Shown here piece after piece: positions 36,678 through 46,912 of a stretch of 64,000 nt of DNA; the first letter of the stretch is position 1, and every line of letters starts with the position of its first letter. This stretch comes from Candidatus Dormiibacterota bacterium (GTDB lineage Bacteria > Chloroflexota > Dormibacteria > Aeolococcales > Aeolococcaceae). The DNA lies in NCBI GenBank assembly GCA_041691155.1, contig JBEPVD010000015.1, positions 76 through 64,075 of the forward strand. The letters run 5' to 3'. A program made the translations under genes and the position numbers. Below the pieces are notes generated by a model. It was not told where the DNA came from. It did not search any database and was given only the letters and a program-made list of their open reading frames with translations.

Positions 36678-37451
36678 ATGACCGTCACGGAGGCGGCCGG
36701 CGCGACCACCGCGGCGCCTGACGCCCGCCCGGTTGCGGCACGAACGACTGACGCGGTCAAGGAATACGGTCGGGGCGATGCGCTCGTGCGCGCGCTCGAC
36801 GGGATCACCATCTCGTTCGCGAAGGGCCAGTTCAGCGCGATCATGGGGCCGTCCGGGTCTGGCAAGTCCACGTTGCTCCACTGCCTCGCCGGTCTCGATC
36901 GGCTCACCTCGGGGACCATCCACATCGGTGACGTGGAACTGGGTCGTCTCAATGATCGTCAACTGACGCTGCTCCGCCGTGTGCGGGTCGGATTCATCTT
37001 TCAATCCTTCAACCTGGTGCCGACACTTTCCGCACTCGACAACATCGTGCTGCCGCTGACGATCGCGGGACGCAAACCCGATCCCGCTGCCCTCGCTGAC
37101 GTGGTACGCATCACCGGGCTCGGCGATCGCCTCAAACACCGACCCAATCAGCTGTCGGGCGGACAGCAGCAACGTGTCGCGGCCGCGCGTGCGATCGTCA
37201 GCCGCCCCGAAATCATCTTTGCCGACGAGCCCACGGGGAACCTTGACTCCAAGGCGAGCAGCGACCTGCTCGACTTCCTCCGTCACGCGGTGGACGAGTT
37301 GGGCCAGACCATCATCATGGTGACGCACGATCCGCTTGCTGCGGCCCACGCCGACCGGGTCGTCTTTCTCGCCGACGGGCACGTCGTGAGCGAGTTGCAA
37401 TCACCCACAGCAGACAGCATCCTCGACGTCATGCGTCATCTCGGTGGCTGA
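36678..37451 (+). CDS. ABC transporter ATP-binding protein (MacB/LolD/FtsE-like)
   Basis: ATG at 36678. Walker [10 protein letters not shown], signature LSGGQQQR, Walker [13 protein letters not shown]. Confidence 0.9.
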   Translation: MTVTEAAGATTAAPDARPVAARTTDAVKEYGRGDALVRALDGITISFAKGQFSAIMGPSGSGKSTLLHCLAGLDRLTSGTIHIGDVELGRLNDRQLTLLRRVRVGFIFQSFNLVPTLSALDNIVLPLTIAGRKPDPAALADVVRITGLGDRLKHRPNQLSGGQQQRVAAARAIVSRPEIIFADEPTGNLDSKASSDLLDFLRHAVDELGQTIIMVTHDPLAAAHADRVVFLADGHVVSELQSPTADSILDVMRHLGG

Positions 37452-37473
37452 CGCGCTCGCGAGGCGCTGAACG

Positions 37474-40011
37474 ATGATCGGCGTCAGTCTGCGAAGCCTG
37501 TTGAGCCACAAGCTCCGGCTCGCACTCACCACGATTGCGGTGATTCTCGGCGTGTCGTTTGTCGCGGGGACGTTCATTCTCACCGACACCATCAACTCGA
37601 CGTTCATGAGCATCTTCGCGACCGCCAACGCGGGTGTCGCGGTGACCGTGCACGGACATCCCATCGCCGGCCAAACCGGTGGCGTCGGCGGCGGACAGAA
37701 TCACCCCGTCCCAACCTCGCTGCTGGCCACGGTCCGTGCGGTTCCCGGCGTCAAGGATGCGGTTGGCAACATCTTTCGCGAAGGCGCAACCCTGATCGGC
37801 AATGAGGGCAAACCGATCGGCGGCAACGGGCCTCCGACGTTCGGTGCCAACTGGATCACGGACAGCGAGATCTCCCCGTACCACCTGCGCAGTGGCACGC
37901 CACCCGCGCAGGCAGACGATGTCGTGGTCGACGCAGGCACCGCGGCCAAGAACGCGCTGGTGCTCGGCCAGTCGCTCCCCATCGTGTTTCTCGGCGGAGT
38001 CGAGGAGCACTTCACGATCACGGGGATCGCGGGGTATGGCACGTCGGACAACCTCGCCGGCGCGACCATCGCGCTGTTCACGGAAGCGACCGCAGGGCGC
38101 GTGCTCGAAGCCGGCAACAAGTACGACAGCATTCTGGTCAGCGCGCAGACAGGAGTCACCGACGTCGTGCTGCGCGAGCGTCTCGCCAAAGCGCTGCCGA
38201 GCTACACGGAGGCGGAGACCGGACAGCAGGCTGCCGCGGCGGCGGAGCAAAGCACCGAATCCACCATCAGCACCTTCATCGGCACACCGTTGCTGGTGTT
38301 CGCGTTCATCTCGCTGTTCGTCGGCAGCTTTCTGATCATCAACACCTTCAACATCCTGGTCGCGCAACGCACCCGCGAGCTGGCGCTGCTGCGCGCGCTG
38401 GGTGCGACCCGCGCACAGGTGATGACCTCGGTGCTTGTCGAGGCGGCGGTGACCGGGCTGATCGCCTCGATTCTTGGCTTTGCCGCGGGCATTCTCATCG
38501 CGCGTGCCCTCCTGTCGTTGTTCGGATCCGCGGCGACCGGCAGCGTGACGCTGCTGCCCCGCACATTCATCGTCGCGGTGCTGGTCGGCACCATCGTCAC
38601 CCTCATTGCCGCGACATTACCGGCGCGGCGGGCCACGCGCATCGCCCCGGTGGCAGCGCTGTCCGAGGCGCTTCCGGAGACACAACCGCTGCCGCGCCGG
38701 CGCGTGCTCATCGGACTGGGCATTTTCGTGCTCGGCGCCGCGGCGCTCGTCGCCGGACTCTTCACCTCGAACAGCGTGACCCTGCAGCTCATCGGCGTGG
38801 GATTCCTCGGTGTCTTCCTTGGCGTTGCGCTCCTGGCTCCCTTGTTGGTGGTCCCAGTCGCCACGGTGATCGGATGGCCGGTGCGGCGCTTGCGCGGCGC
38901 TTCCGGCCTGCTTGCCGGCGAGAACGCGCGTCGGAACCCGAGACGGACCGCGCTCACGGCGGCCGCGCTGATGATCGGACTCGCCTTGGTCACATGCGTC
39001 GCCGTGCTCACCGACTCCGTGCGCGTTTCGACCAACAACGCCATCGAAGGCACCTTGAAGGCGGACTACATCGTCTTTGCGCAGGGACCTGGCTTCAACA
39101 CGCAAGCCGCCCAGGCGCTAGCTCAGGACTCAGCGCTCACCGACGTGACCGAGGTCCGGACCACATCGGTGCTGATCGGGGGAAGCTCGCAGAACATTTT
39201 CGCCATCGATCCGGCGAGCCTCGGATCTGTGCTGTCGCTGACGATGATCTCCGGCGACCCGTCGGTGATCGCGTCGACCAACACCGCGTTGCTCGACTCC
39301 ACGGAAGCGGCCGCCTCGGGGGTGCACCAGGGGCAGACCGTGACCTTCGCTTTTCCTCAGGGCGCCGCTGTGCGCATGCGGGTCGGTGGCATCTACACGG
39401 CGAATGCGCTGGTGAGCGGGTACATCGTGTCGCTGGCGACCATGCAACCCAACGTGCCCGACGCACGTGACGACATCGTGCTCGCCAACGCCGCGCGGGG
39501 CGTTTCTGCAGGCACGGCGGAGCGCGCATTGCATCAGGACGTCAACGCCTTTCCGTTGCTGAAGGCGATGAGCCGGTCCGAATATCGGAGCTTCGTTGGC
39601 GCCTCCCTCGACAGCTTCCTCAACCTGATCACCACGCTGCTGGCGTTTGCAATCATCATCGCCGTGCTCGGCATCGCCAACACCCTCGCACTCAGCGTGC
39701 TGGAGCGGACGCGCGAGATCGGTGTGTTGCGCGCACTCGGGATGACGCGGTCGCAGACGCGGTCAATGGTGCGCTGGGAGTCCGTGATCATCTCGCTGCT
39801 TGGGGCCGTGCTCGGGCTGACCGTGGGCCTCGGCCTCGGCGTGGTGGTGGCGGGTTCACTCCACGACCTCGGCATCACCAACGTCGCGATACCGGGCGGC
39901 AACCTGATTCTCTACGCGGTGGCCGCTGGGGTTTTCGGTGTGCTGGCAGCGATCATTCCGACCATCCGCGCAGCGCGGGTCGACATCCTCCGAGCGATCG
40001 CCACCGAGTAG
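37474..40011 (+). CDS. ABC transporter permease with two FtsX/MacB-type domains
   Basis: 845 aa. There are two repeats, each an extracytoplasmic domain plus a 4-TM FtsX module (RTRELALLRALGA and RTREIGVLRALGM). Confidence 0.9.
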   Translation: MIGVSLRSLLSHKLRLALTTIAVILGVSFVAGTFILTDTINSTFMSIFATANAGVAVTVHGHPIAGQTGGVGGGQNHPVPTSLLATVRAVPGVKDAVGNIFREGATLIGNEGKPIGGNGPPTFGANWITDSEISPYHLRSGTPPAQADDVVVDAGTAAKNALVLGQSLPIVFLGGVEEHFTITGIAGYGTSDNLAGATIALFTEATAGRVLEAGNKYDSILVSAQTGVTDVVLRERLAKALPSYTEAETGQQAAAAAEQSTESTISTFIGTPLLVFAFISLFVGSFLIINTFNILVAQRTRELALLRALGATRAQVMTSVLVEAAVTGLIASILGFAAGILIARALLSLFGSAATGSVTLLPRTFIVAVLVGTIVTLIAATLPARRATRIAPVAALSEALPETQPLPRRRVLIGLGIFVLGAAALVAGLFTSNSVTLQLIGVGFLGVFLGVALLAPLLVVPVATVIGWPVRRLRGASGLLAGENARRNPRRTALTAAALMIGLALVTCVAVLTDSVRVSTNNAIEGTLKADYIVFAQGPGFNTQAAQALAQDSALTDVTEVRTTSVLIGGSSQNIFAIDPASLGSVLSLTMISGDPSVIASTNTALLDSTEAAASGVHQGQTVTFAFPQGAAVRMRVGGIYTANALVSGYIVSLATMQPNVPDARDDIVLANAARGVSAGTAERALHQDVNAFPLLKAMSRSEYRSFVGASLDSFLNLITTLLAFAIIIAVLGIANTLALSVLERTREIGVLRALGMTRSQTRSMVRWESVIISLLGAVLGLTVGLGLGVVVAGSLHDLGITNVAIPGGNLILYAVAAGVFGVLAAIIPTIRAARVDILRAIATE

Positions 40012-40025
40012 CCCCTCGGCGCTGG

Positions 40026-40964
40026 TCAGGACGCGGTGTGGCCCCGATCAGGCACGAGCCGCTCGATCTGCAGGAATTCGGCCGGCGCGTGATCAACTTG
40101 CAGCGTGGTGTGCTCCACGTGAAAGCGGTCATCGAGAAATCGCTCCAGGTCGAGGCGGATCTGGTGGCAGTCGTCCTTGGGATGCACGAGGACATGCGCT
40201 GACAGCGACGGGAAACCGGAGGTCAACTCCCAGACATGGAGGTCGTGCACGTTGACAACGTGTGGATGGGCGGCGAGCGCCGCTCCGATCTCCTCGGGAT
40301 CAAGGTCGGCCGGCGACGCTTCGAGCAGCACGCGACCGGCCTGACCGAGGAGCCGCACACCGGCGTAGATCATCAGCGCGGCGACGACGATGGATGCGAT
40401 GGCGTCGGCGCGCTCGAATCCCGTGGTCACGATGACGACCCCCGCGATGAACGTGCCGATCAGCGCGTAGAGGTCGGTGAGAATGTGGCGAAAGCTCGCC
40501 TGGATGTTGAGGCTCCGCCGGTTGGCGTGCGAGAGCTCGCGCGTCACCGCGAGATTGACGACGATCCCCACGGCGGCGGTCGCGATGACGGCACCGCCCT
40601 GCACCGGCGTGGGTGAGGCAAGGCGAAGCGCGGCCTCGAAGATCAGCACCGCGGCGAGGACGAGGAGTGTCGCGCCGCTGATGAGCGCGGCGAGCACCTC
40701 GGCTCGCTTGAGACCGAATGTCAGTCCACCGTTCGGCGGGCGCTGGGCGAGACGGAGCGCCACCAGCGAGACGCCAAGCGCCGCAACGTCGGTGAGCATG
40801 TGCCCTGCGTCCGAAAGCAGCGCGAGTGAGTGCGCGAGGACGGCCACCGCGACCTCGCCGACGATGAAGACGCCGATCAGGCAGAGCGCGACGACGAGTG
40901 GTCGCTGGTCGGCGCCGAGGTCGACCGGGTGTCGATGCATGCCGTCATGCGGTTCGTGGTGCAC
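40026..40964 (-). CDS. cation diffusion facilitator transporter (CzcD/ZitB-like)
   Basis: His-rich N-terminus. The HSLALLSDAGHMLTD and HILTDL motifs are CDF metal site A. C-terminal cytoplasmic domain. Confidence 0.9.
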   Translation of the reverse strand: MHHEPHDGMHRHPVDLGADQRPLVVALCLIGVFIVGEVAVAVLAHSLALLSDAGHMLTDVAALGVSLVALRLAQRPPNGGLTFGLKRAEVLAALISGATLLVLAAVLIFEAALRLASPTPVQGGAVIATAAVGIVVNLAVTRELSHANRRSLNIQASFRHILTDLYALIGTFIAGVVIVTTGFERADAIASIVVAALMIYAGVRLLGQAGRVLLEASPADLDPEEIGAALAAHPHVVNVHDLHVWELTSGFPSLSAHVLVHPKDDCHQIRLDLERFLDDRFHVEHTTLQVDHAPAEFLQIERLVPDRGHTAS

Positions 40965-41009
40965 TCCTCCACCCTACTCCCGTGCCACGTCACGCGAAGG
41001 GCGTCGTGA

Positions 41010-41858
41010 TCACGTCCCGGCGACAGTCCCATCCATGTCCCACCACAAGGTGACCAGCGGCTCGAGTGGCCCTGCGGCGGACCAGTAGTCGTCGTCGCAC
41101 GCCAGACGATCCCCAAGGGCATCCGCGACTTCCGCATCCCGGGCGGCGTCGAGGCAGAGACGGCGGCGGATCGACGCCACCGCGTCCTCGCGGCGTCGAA
41201 ATCCGCCCGGACGCCGCGGCACAGCGCCGGCGTGGCGGGAAACCCGATAGCCGAGGCCGCGAATCAGCGACTCAGCATCGCCGGAGTCCGGCCGCGTGGG
41301 TCGCGGCAGCGCATGAAAGCGTAGCCACAGGTCGGCCATCCAGGCGGTCGGATGCCGGTTGGTGAGTTCAAGCACGACACGCCGTCGCGCGTGGGCCGAC
41401 AGTGCAACCACAAACGGCGCCAGGTCCCCGACGTTGTACACGACGTGGTTGCACACCACGACGTCGGCGACGGACACCTGCGGCGCAACCTCCGGCCAGG
41501 CACCGGCGACCTGGATTGACGCCACACCCACCCGCCCCGCCTGCTGCTGGAATGCCGCGAGCAACTCGGTCGACGAATCGACGCCGATGATCAACGCGCA
41601 GGGCGGATGCAGCGGGATCGACGCGGCCCCGGCGCCGACGCCAACGTCGAGAACGGTTCCTCCGGATGGCAACGCGTCGCGCGCCGTACGGTTCGCGAAG
41701 GTGAGCGCACCCGGCGTCGCCAGCTCGGCCCGCGAGCGGAACAACTCCGTGGGGAATCCCCAGGGCGCCTCCGGCGCGGCGGCGAGGATGCTCTCGGGGA
41801 GCGCCCACTGACGCATCGCCGCCCGCCACTCCTCAGCGTTCATCGCGCGATCATGCAC
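41010..41858 (-). CDS. class I SAM-dependent methyltransferase
   Basis: Motif I VLDVGVGAGA followed by IGVDSS. Substrate unknown. Confidence 0.7.
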   Translation of the reverse strand: MHDRAMNAEEWRAAMRQWALPESILAAAPEAPWGFPTELFRSRAELATPGALTFANRTARDALPSGGTVLDVGVGAGAASIPLHPPCALIIGVDSSTELLAAFQQQAGRVGVASIQVAGAWPEVAPQVSVADVVVCNHVVYNVGDLAPFVVALSAHARRRVVLELTNRHPTAWMADLWLRFHALPRPTRPDSGDAESLIRGLGYRVSRHAGAVPRRPGGFRRREDAVASIRRRLCLDAARDAEVADALGDRLACDDDYWSAAGPLEPLVTLWWDMDGTVAGT

Positions 41859-41922
41859 ACGCGGCGGCGCTGTCGCTACGGATGGCTGTCCTACCTTTTG
41901 TGGGGTGCTTTCGCCTTCGGAG

Positions 41923-42348
41923 CTAGCGCCTGACCGGAACCACCAGCACGGGACACGGCGAGATCTGGAGGAGGCGGTGCGCGACGCTCCCGAGCAGCAA
42001 GCCCTTCAACGGTCCGCTCCCGACACTGCCGAGCACGATGAGATCTGCACCGGCCTCCGTTGCCGCATCGGCGATCGCGTGGGCGGGTCCGCTCACTTTC
42101 ACCTGATGCGTCTCGAAAGTCGCCTCCAGGCCGCCGGCCGTCAAGGCCGCCACCTGGTCGCTGATCTTGGTGTGAATCTCGGGTTCGAGGGCCTGGGCAT
42201 GGTGCGCCCCGCCGTGACCGGGCACCAGTTCGTCGACGTACACGACGATGACTCGAGCCTTTTGATCGATCGCGAGATCCTTCGCGAACGACACTGCCAG
42301 ATCGCCGGCGTCCGAACCGTCGGTCGCGATCAGTACAACCTTGAACAT
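41923..42348 (-). CDS. universal stress protein (UspA family)
   Basis: 141 aa with the C-terminal ATP-binding motif GSVGSGPLKGLLLGSVAHRLL..PCPVLVV. Confidence 0.85.
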   Translation of the reverse strand: MFKVVLIATDGSDAGDLAVSFAKDLAIDQKARVIVVYVDELVPGHGGAHHAQALEPEIHTKISDQVAALTAGGLEATFETHQVKVSGPAHAIADAATEAGADLIVLGSVGSGPLKGLLLGSVAHRLLQISPCPVLVVPVRR

Positions 42349-42389
42349 GACTTCACCTCAATGACTTTGGCCGGAGTGTAGTCCTGCCG

Positions 42390-42692
42390 TCACAGGGCAT
42401 GCACAGCCGCGGCAGTAGCGCATGCGCCAATCACCACAACGAGAAATGGCGCTCGGACGGCGACCAGGATGAGCGCGACACCCAGCCCAGCGGCACGCGA
42501 GTCGAGATGGAGGTGGTTGCCGGTCGCGAAGGTGGAGACGGCGATCAACGCGCTCAGCAACGTCACCGGGAGCGCCTCGAGTACCCGTCTCGCCACGGGC
42601 GATTCCAGGAATCGGGCCGGTACCACGAATCCCGCGAGCTTCAAGCCGAGGCATCCCACTGATGCGATGACGATCGCAAGCCAGAGTCTCAT
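42390..42692 (-). CDS. azlD: AzlD-family branched-chain amino acid transport protein
   Basis: 100-aa hydrophobic protein. Its ATG at 42692 overlaps the azlC stop (ATGA). The rest of ORF 42390..43541 is rejected. Confidence 0.75.
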   Translation of the reverse strand: MRLWLAIVIASVGCLGLKLAGFVVPARFLESPVARRVLEALPVTLLSALIAVSTFATGNHLHLDSRAAGLGVALILVAVRAPFLVVVIGACATAAAVHAL

Positions 42693-43393
42693 CGGTCCAC
42701 CGCCAGCAGCAGCGCGACGGCGGCAAGTCCCCCGACGAGGATGGGGAGACCGACCGGAACCACAGGAACGGTGGCGAGCGCGATCACACCGGCGCCCAGG
42801 GCACCCAGCCGGGTGCGCGTGGTCGTGAGCCGTGGAACCAGCAGCGCGACGAACGCCGCCGGACCCGCGACGTCCAGCCCGGTCGCGGCGGGCGAGCCAA
42901 ACGCGTTGCCTACCAAGGCGCCGATGATCGTGGACAGGTTCCACAGCACATACACGCACAACGCCGTCGCCCAGAACGCGCGAGCGGGATGCCCCGATGG
43001 CCCTTCCGTCACCGCCATGGCGGTGCTTTCGTCGATGGTGGTCTGCGCCATCAGCAGTTTCCGCCACCCCGAGGGGCGGAGCAACGCGTTGATGCGCGCG
43101 CCGTACAGACCGTTTCGAGCGCCCAACAACAGCGCCGTCCCAACCGCTGAGATATAGGAACCGCCGCCACCGAGGACGCTGACCAGCGCGAACTGTGACG
43201 CACCCGAGAAGAGCACCAGCGACATGAACGACACCTGCAACAGGCTCAGATGCGTCTCGACCGAGACCGCACCGAAGGACAGCCCGAAGGGCACGACGCT
43301 GACGCCGATCGTCAGCGCGCGGTTGCGTATGCGGCGGCGCGCCGCCTGCTCTGATTCGGGTGCGGACGGGCTCCCGTTCGGTGGTGCCGGCAT
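42689..43393 (-). CDS. azlC: AzlC-family branched-chain amino acid exporter subunit
   Basis: 234-aa multi-TM protein with FSGASQFA, typical of AzlC. Confidence 0.85.
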   Translation of the reverse strand: MPAPPNGSPSAPESEQAARRRIRNRALTIGVSVVPFGLSFGAVSVETHLSLLQVSFMSLVLFSGASQFALVSVLGGGGSYISAVGTALLLGARNGLYGARINALLRPSGWRKLLMAQTTIDESTAMAVTEGPSGHPARAFWATALCVYVLWNLSTIIGALVGNAFGSPAATGLDVAGPAAFVALLVPRLTTTRTRLGALGAGVIALATVPVVPVGLPILVGGLAAVALLLAVDR

Positions 43394-43546
43394 GACCGAG
43401 CAAGCCTAGGGAAAGACGGGGTCTCTGGCGCCGCGCGGGGCACCGAGCAGAGCTCGCCGCAGTTGCGGCAAGCTGACATACCGCGTTCATTTGCAGTTCC
43501 GGGCCCACCTGACGCGGGTACGCGCATTTCTGGGAGCACACGACCT

Positions 43547-44485
43547 ATGAGCCGCGAACACGTGATCGACCCGCGTGTCATCCATCACGACTGGGACGAA
43601 ACCGTTCCGCCGCTGCTGGAGATCGAGTCCGGTGACGTCATCCACTTCGACCTCCTCGAGGCAGGGAATCGCCAGGTCAAGCCCGGCGATCGCTTTGAGA
43701 CTGTCACCTTCGACTTCGACACGCTCTACAACCTCAGTGGCCCCGTGACCATCGCCGGTGCGGAACCCGGCGACACGCTCGCGATCGACGTGCTCGACTT
43801 GGAGCACGGCTCGTGGGGATGGACGGCGATCCTTCCCGGATTCGGCTTGCTGCCCGACGATTTCCCGGAAGGCTACCTGCGGACCTTCGACCTCGAAGGC
43901 AAGGAGACGGCGGACTTTGGCGGCGGCATCATGGTGCCGCTGCGTCCGTTCATGGGCGTCATGGGCGTGCAGCCGGGCGGCGGCACGAGGCACTCGCCAT
44001 TCCCGCCGCATGCGGGTGGCGGCAACATCGACAACCGCCATCTCATCAAGGGCTCGCGGCTCTATCTCCCGGTATTCCTGCCAGGTGCGATGTTCTCCTG
44101 CGGCGACCCCCACGCCGTGCAGGGGGACGGCGAAGTGTGCGTCTCGGCACTCGAAGGACCGCTCAAGGGCAGCCTGCGGTTGACGCTGCTGAAACGCAGC
44201 ATTCCCGGCCCGGCGTATGTCACAGCACCGCGCAAGGCGCGCCCGGCCGGTGGCTCCGACTACTGCACCATGGGGATCGCGTCGGACCTCATGGAAGGAT
44301 CGCGGATGGCGGTCCGCGCGATGGTCGCGTGGCTGGGTGACGAGCACGGCCTTGCACCGCGCGACGCCTATATGCTCTGCAGCCTAGCGGGGAACTTGAA
44401 GATCCTGGAGGTCGTCGATGCGGGAATGTGGAACGTGGGAATGTGCATGCCGCTGTCGATCTTTCCGGAGTCAGCCGCGAGCTGA
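43547..44485 (+). CDS. acetamidase/formamidase-family protein
   Basis: ATG at 43547 with GGGAG upstream. GPVTIAGAEPGDTLAIDVLD and GGNIDNRHL motifs of the FmdA/AmdA family. Confidence 0.85.
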   Translation: MSREHVIDPRVIHHDWDETVPPLLEIESGDVIHFDLLEAGNRQVKPGDRFETVTFDFDTLYNLSGPVTIAGAEPGDTLAIDVLDLEHGSWGWTAILPGFGLLPDDFPEGYLRTFDLEGKETADFGGGIMVPLRPFMGVMGVQPGGGTRHSPFPPHAGGGNIDNRHLIKGSRLYLPVFLPGAMFSCGDPHAVQGDGEVCVSALEGPLKGSLRLTLLKRSIPGPAYVTAPRKARPAGGSDYCTMGIASDLMEGSRMAVRAMVAWLGDEHGLAPRDAYMLCSLAGNLKILEVVDAGMWNVGMCMPLSIFPESAAS

Positions 44486-44506
44486 TCACCCGTCGGGGGA
44501 ACGGCG

Positions 44507-46828
44507 ATGAGCGCGCGCACGGAACCTCCCTTTCGCGCCGACCACGTCGGGAGTCTGCTACGGCCAGCGCGCTTGATCGAGGCTCGCGCGCGCAGGTCAT
44601 CGGGCGAGATCGCTGACGACGCGTTACGTGACGTTGAGGATGACGCCATCCGCGACGTCGTCGCCATGCAGCGAGACGTCGGTCTGCAGTCCGCAACCGA
44701 TGGGGAGTTCCGTCGGTCGGCGTGGCACATGGATTTCATCTACGCCCTCGGCGGTGTCACGCAGGCCGATGAGAAGTTACACGTGCAATTCTTCAACGAC
44801 AAGGGGACTCTCGACTTCGCGCCCGCGGCGTTGCGCATCACTGACCGCATTCGTCTGGGCGAGACGATCTTCGCCGACCATTTTCAATTCCTGCAATCGA
44901 TCTGTGCCGCGGGAGTCACGCCGAAGCTCACCATCCCCTCGCCGAGCATGGTGCACTACCGCGGTGGACGCGCCGCCATTGACCCGGCGGTGTATCCGGA
45001 CATGGACGGATTCTGGGACGACCTCATTGCCGCGTATCAGGACGAGGTCACGCGTCTCGGTAAGCTCGGGTGCACGTATCTGCAGCTCGACGACACCAGC
45101 CTCGCGTACCTGAACGACCCGCGGCAGCGCGAACTCATCGCGTCGCTGGGCGGTGACCGCGAGCACCAACACGAGCTCTACATCAACAACATCAACCGCG
45201 TGCTCGCCGCCAAACCCGCGACCATGCGCATCACGACCCACATGTGTCGCGGCAACTTCCGCTCCTCGTGGGCTGCTGAGGGCGGCTACGACTTCGTCGC
45301 GGAGGCATTGTTCGGTGAGCTCGACGTGGACGGTTTCTTCCTGGAATACGACGATGCACGCTCGGGTGGCTTTGAGCCGCTGCGCTTTGTTCCGAATGAC
45401 AAGTACGTGGTGCTCGGCCTCGTGACCACCAAGCGCGGTGTGCTGGAAACCAAGGACACCCTGAAGCGGCGCATCGATGAAGCAGCGAAGTACGTGCCGC
45501 TCGAGCAACTGTGCCTGTCGCCGCAATGCGGCTTTTCCTCCACTGTCGAAGGCAACGTCCTCACGTACGACGAGGAGGTGGCCAAGCTGCAGCTCATCGT
45601 CGAGACGGCGGCCGAAGTCTGGGGGGTAGGCGATATGCCCGGCACGCCTCGCGCCGTGCGCATGGAGACGGCGCGACGGATGGCGGTGGCGTGCCAGCGG
45701 TTGAGCGGGCCGACGCCGGCGCCGGTGACCGCCGAGATCATCGTCGATCTGGTTCGCGCCCTCGGATGCCTGCAACTCGACCCGACCCCCATCGTTGCGC
45801 GCAATCACCTGCTGGTGTTGTTCAGCCGGCTCGGTCTGTTTGATCCGAGACTCGTGGACTCACTGCTGTGGGACCAGCGCCTGCTCTACGAATACTGGGC
45901 GCACCAGGCGTCGATCGTGCCCACCGCTGACCGGGCGTTGCACGCTGCGCTTCCGCCGCACTCAGGAGATTCCCGTCAAACCGCGGCGTGGATGAGCCGG
46001 CACGCGGACAAGGTTGACCTGGTGCTCGAGCGTCTCCGAGTCAACGAGTCGGTGCGCGCGTCGGATTTCGAGGAACACGCGGAGAAGTACGAGTCGGGGT
46101 GGGGCGCGCGGAGCCGGATCGCCGACTCACTCGCGCTGCTGTGGTTGAGGGGTCAGATCGTGCCCGGCGGACGCGCGGGCGGCGGACGGCGCTGGGCGAT
46201 GGCCGATCGGTGGTTCGGAGCGCCGGTCGGCGATATCCCGGATCCTCACGTTGCCGTGCGTATCGCCGCGGTCCGGTCCTTGCGAGCGCTCGGGATCGCC
46301 ACCAAACAACAGGTCCGGAAGCACTTTCTGCGCAGGCGCTACGACGGACTGGACCGCATCTGGGAGGACTTCGAGCGCGAGGGTGTGATCGTTCCGGTCG
46401 ATCCGGGGATCAGAGGCGCGTGGTTTGTGCATGCCGATCATCTCGACCTGCTCGATCGCATCCAGGCGGGCGATTTCGAGCCCCGGACCACCTTCCTGTC
46501 GCCCTTCGACAACCTGATCTGCGACCGAGATCGGACGCTGGCTCTTTGGGGCTTCAATTTCCGGCTCGAGATCTATGTTCCGAAGGCCAAACGCTGGGGG
46601 TATTTCGTGATGCCGCTCCTTCACGGCGATGAGCTGATCGCAAGATTCGATCTCCGCGTGGAGCGCAATCCGCGGCGGGTGGAGATCGTTGGAGAACTGT
46701 GGGAGCCTGGGTGGTCTCGAGGCAAGCGACCGCTGGCGGCTGTGCGTGGCGCACTAAAGGATCTCTCACGATTCGTCGGAGCGAGCGGCGTTTCCGCTGC
46801 GGGGAAGGGGCGCCAGCCGTCAGAATAG
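44507..46828 (+). CDS. in-frame fusion: cobalamin-independent methionine-synthase-like (MetE C-terminal/Meth_synt_2) domain plus AlkZ/YcaQ-like winged-helix DNA glycosylase (DUF1006) domain
   Basis: Residues 1-373 carry MetE-like motifs (FRADHVGSLLRP, THMCRGN, CLSPQCGFSS) ending in ..AAEVWG. Residues ~377-773 are YcaQ/AlkZ-like (YEYWAHQASIVP, FLSPFDNLICDRDR, FRLEIYVPKAKRWGYFVMPLL). The junction is a G6 run at 45621..45626 followed by TAG in the -1 G register. Confidence 0.8.
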   Translation: MSARTEPPFRADHVGSLLRPARLIEARARRSSGEIADDALRDVEDDAIRDVVAMQRDVGLQSATDGEFRRSAWHMDFIYALGGVTQADEKLHVQFFNDKGTLDFAPAALRITDRIRLGETIFADHFQFLQSICAAGVTPKLTIPSPSMVHYRGGRAAIDPAVYPDMDGFWDDLIAAYQDEVTRLGKLGCTYLQLDDTSLAYLNDPRQRELIASLGGDREHQHELYINNINRVLAAKPATMRITTHMCRGNFRSSWAAEGGYDFVAEALFGELDVDGFFLEYDDARSGGFEPLRFVPNDKYVVLGLVTTKRGVLETKDTLKRRIDEAAKYVPLEQLCLSPQCGFSSTVEGNVLTYDEEVAKLQLIVETAAEVWGVGDMPGTPRAVRMETARRMAVACQRLSGPTPAPVTAEIIVDLVRALGCLQLDPTPIVARNHLLVLFSRLGLFDPRLVDSLLWDQRLLYEYWAHQASIVPTADRALHAALPPHSGDSRQTAAWMSRHADKVDLVLERLRVNESVRASDFEEHAEKYESGWGARSRIADSLALLWLRGQIVPGGRAGGGRRWAMADRWFGAPVGDIPDPHVAVRIAAVRSLRALGIATKQQVRKHFLRRRYDGLDRIWEDFEREGVIVPVDPGIRGAWFVHADHLDLLDRIQAGDFEPRTTFLSPFDNLICDRDRTLALWGFNFRLEIYVPKAKRWGYFVMPLLHGDELIARFDLRVERNPRRVEIVGELWEPGWSRGKRPLAAVRGALKDLSRFVGASGVSAAGKGRQPSE

Positions 46829-46912
46829 GCCGGAGCTTGACGCTGGGACTTGTATCCGGCAAAGTAGAGCAAGGGCGTCAAACGGGGCAAAAAGGTAGGA
46901 GGTCGTCGGGGG

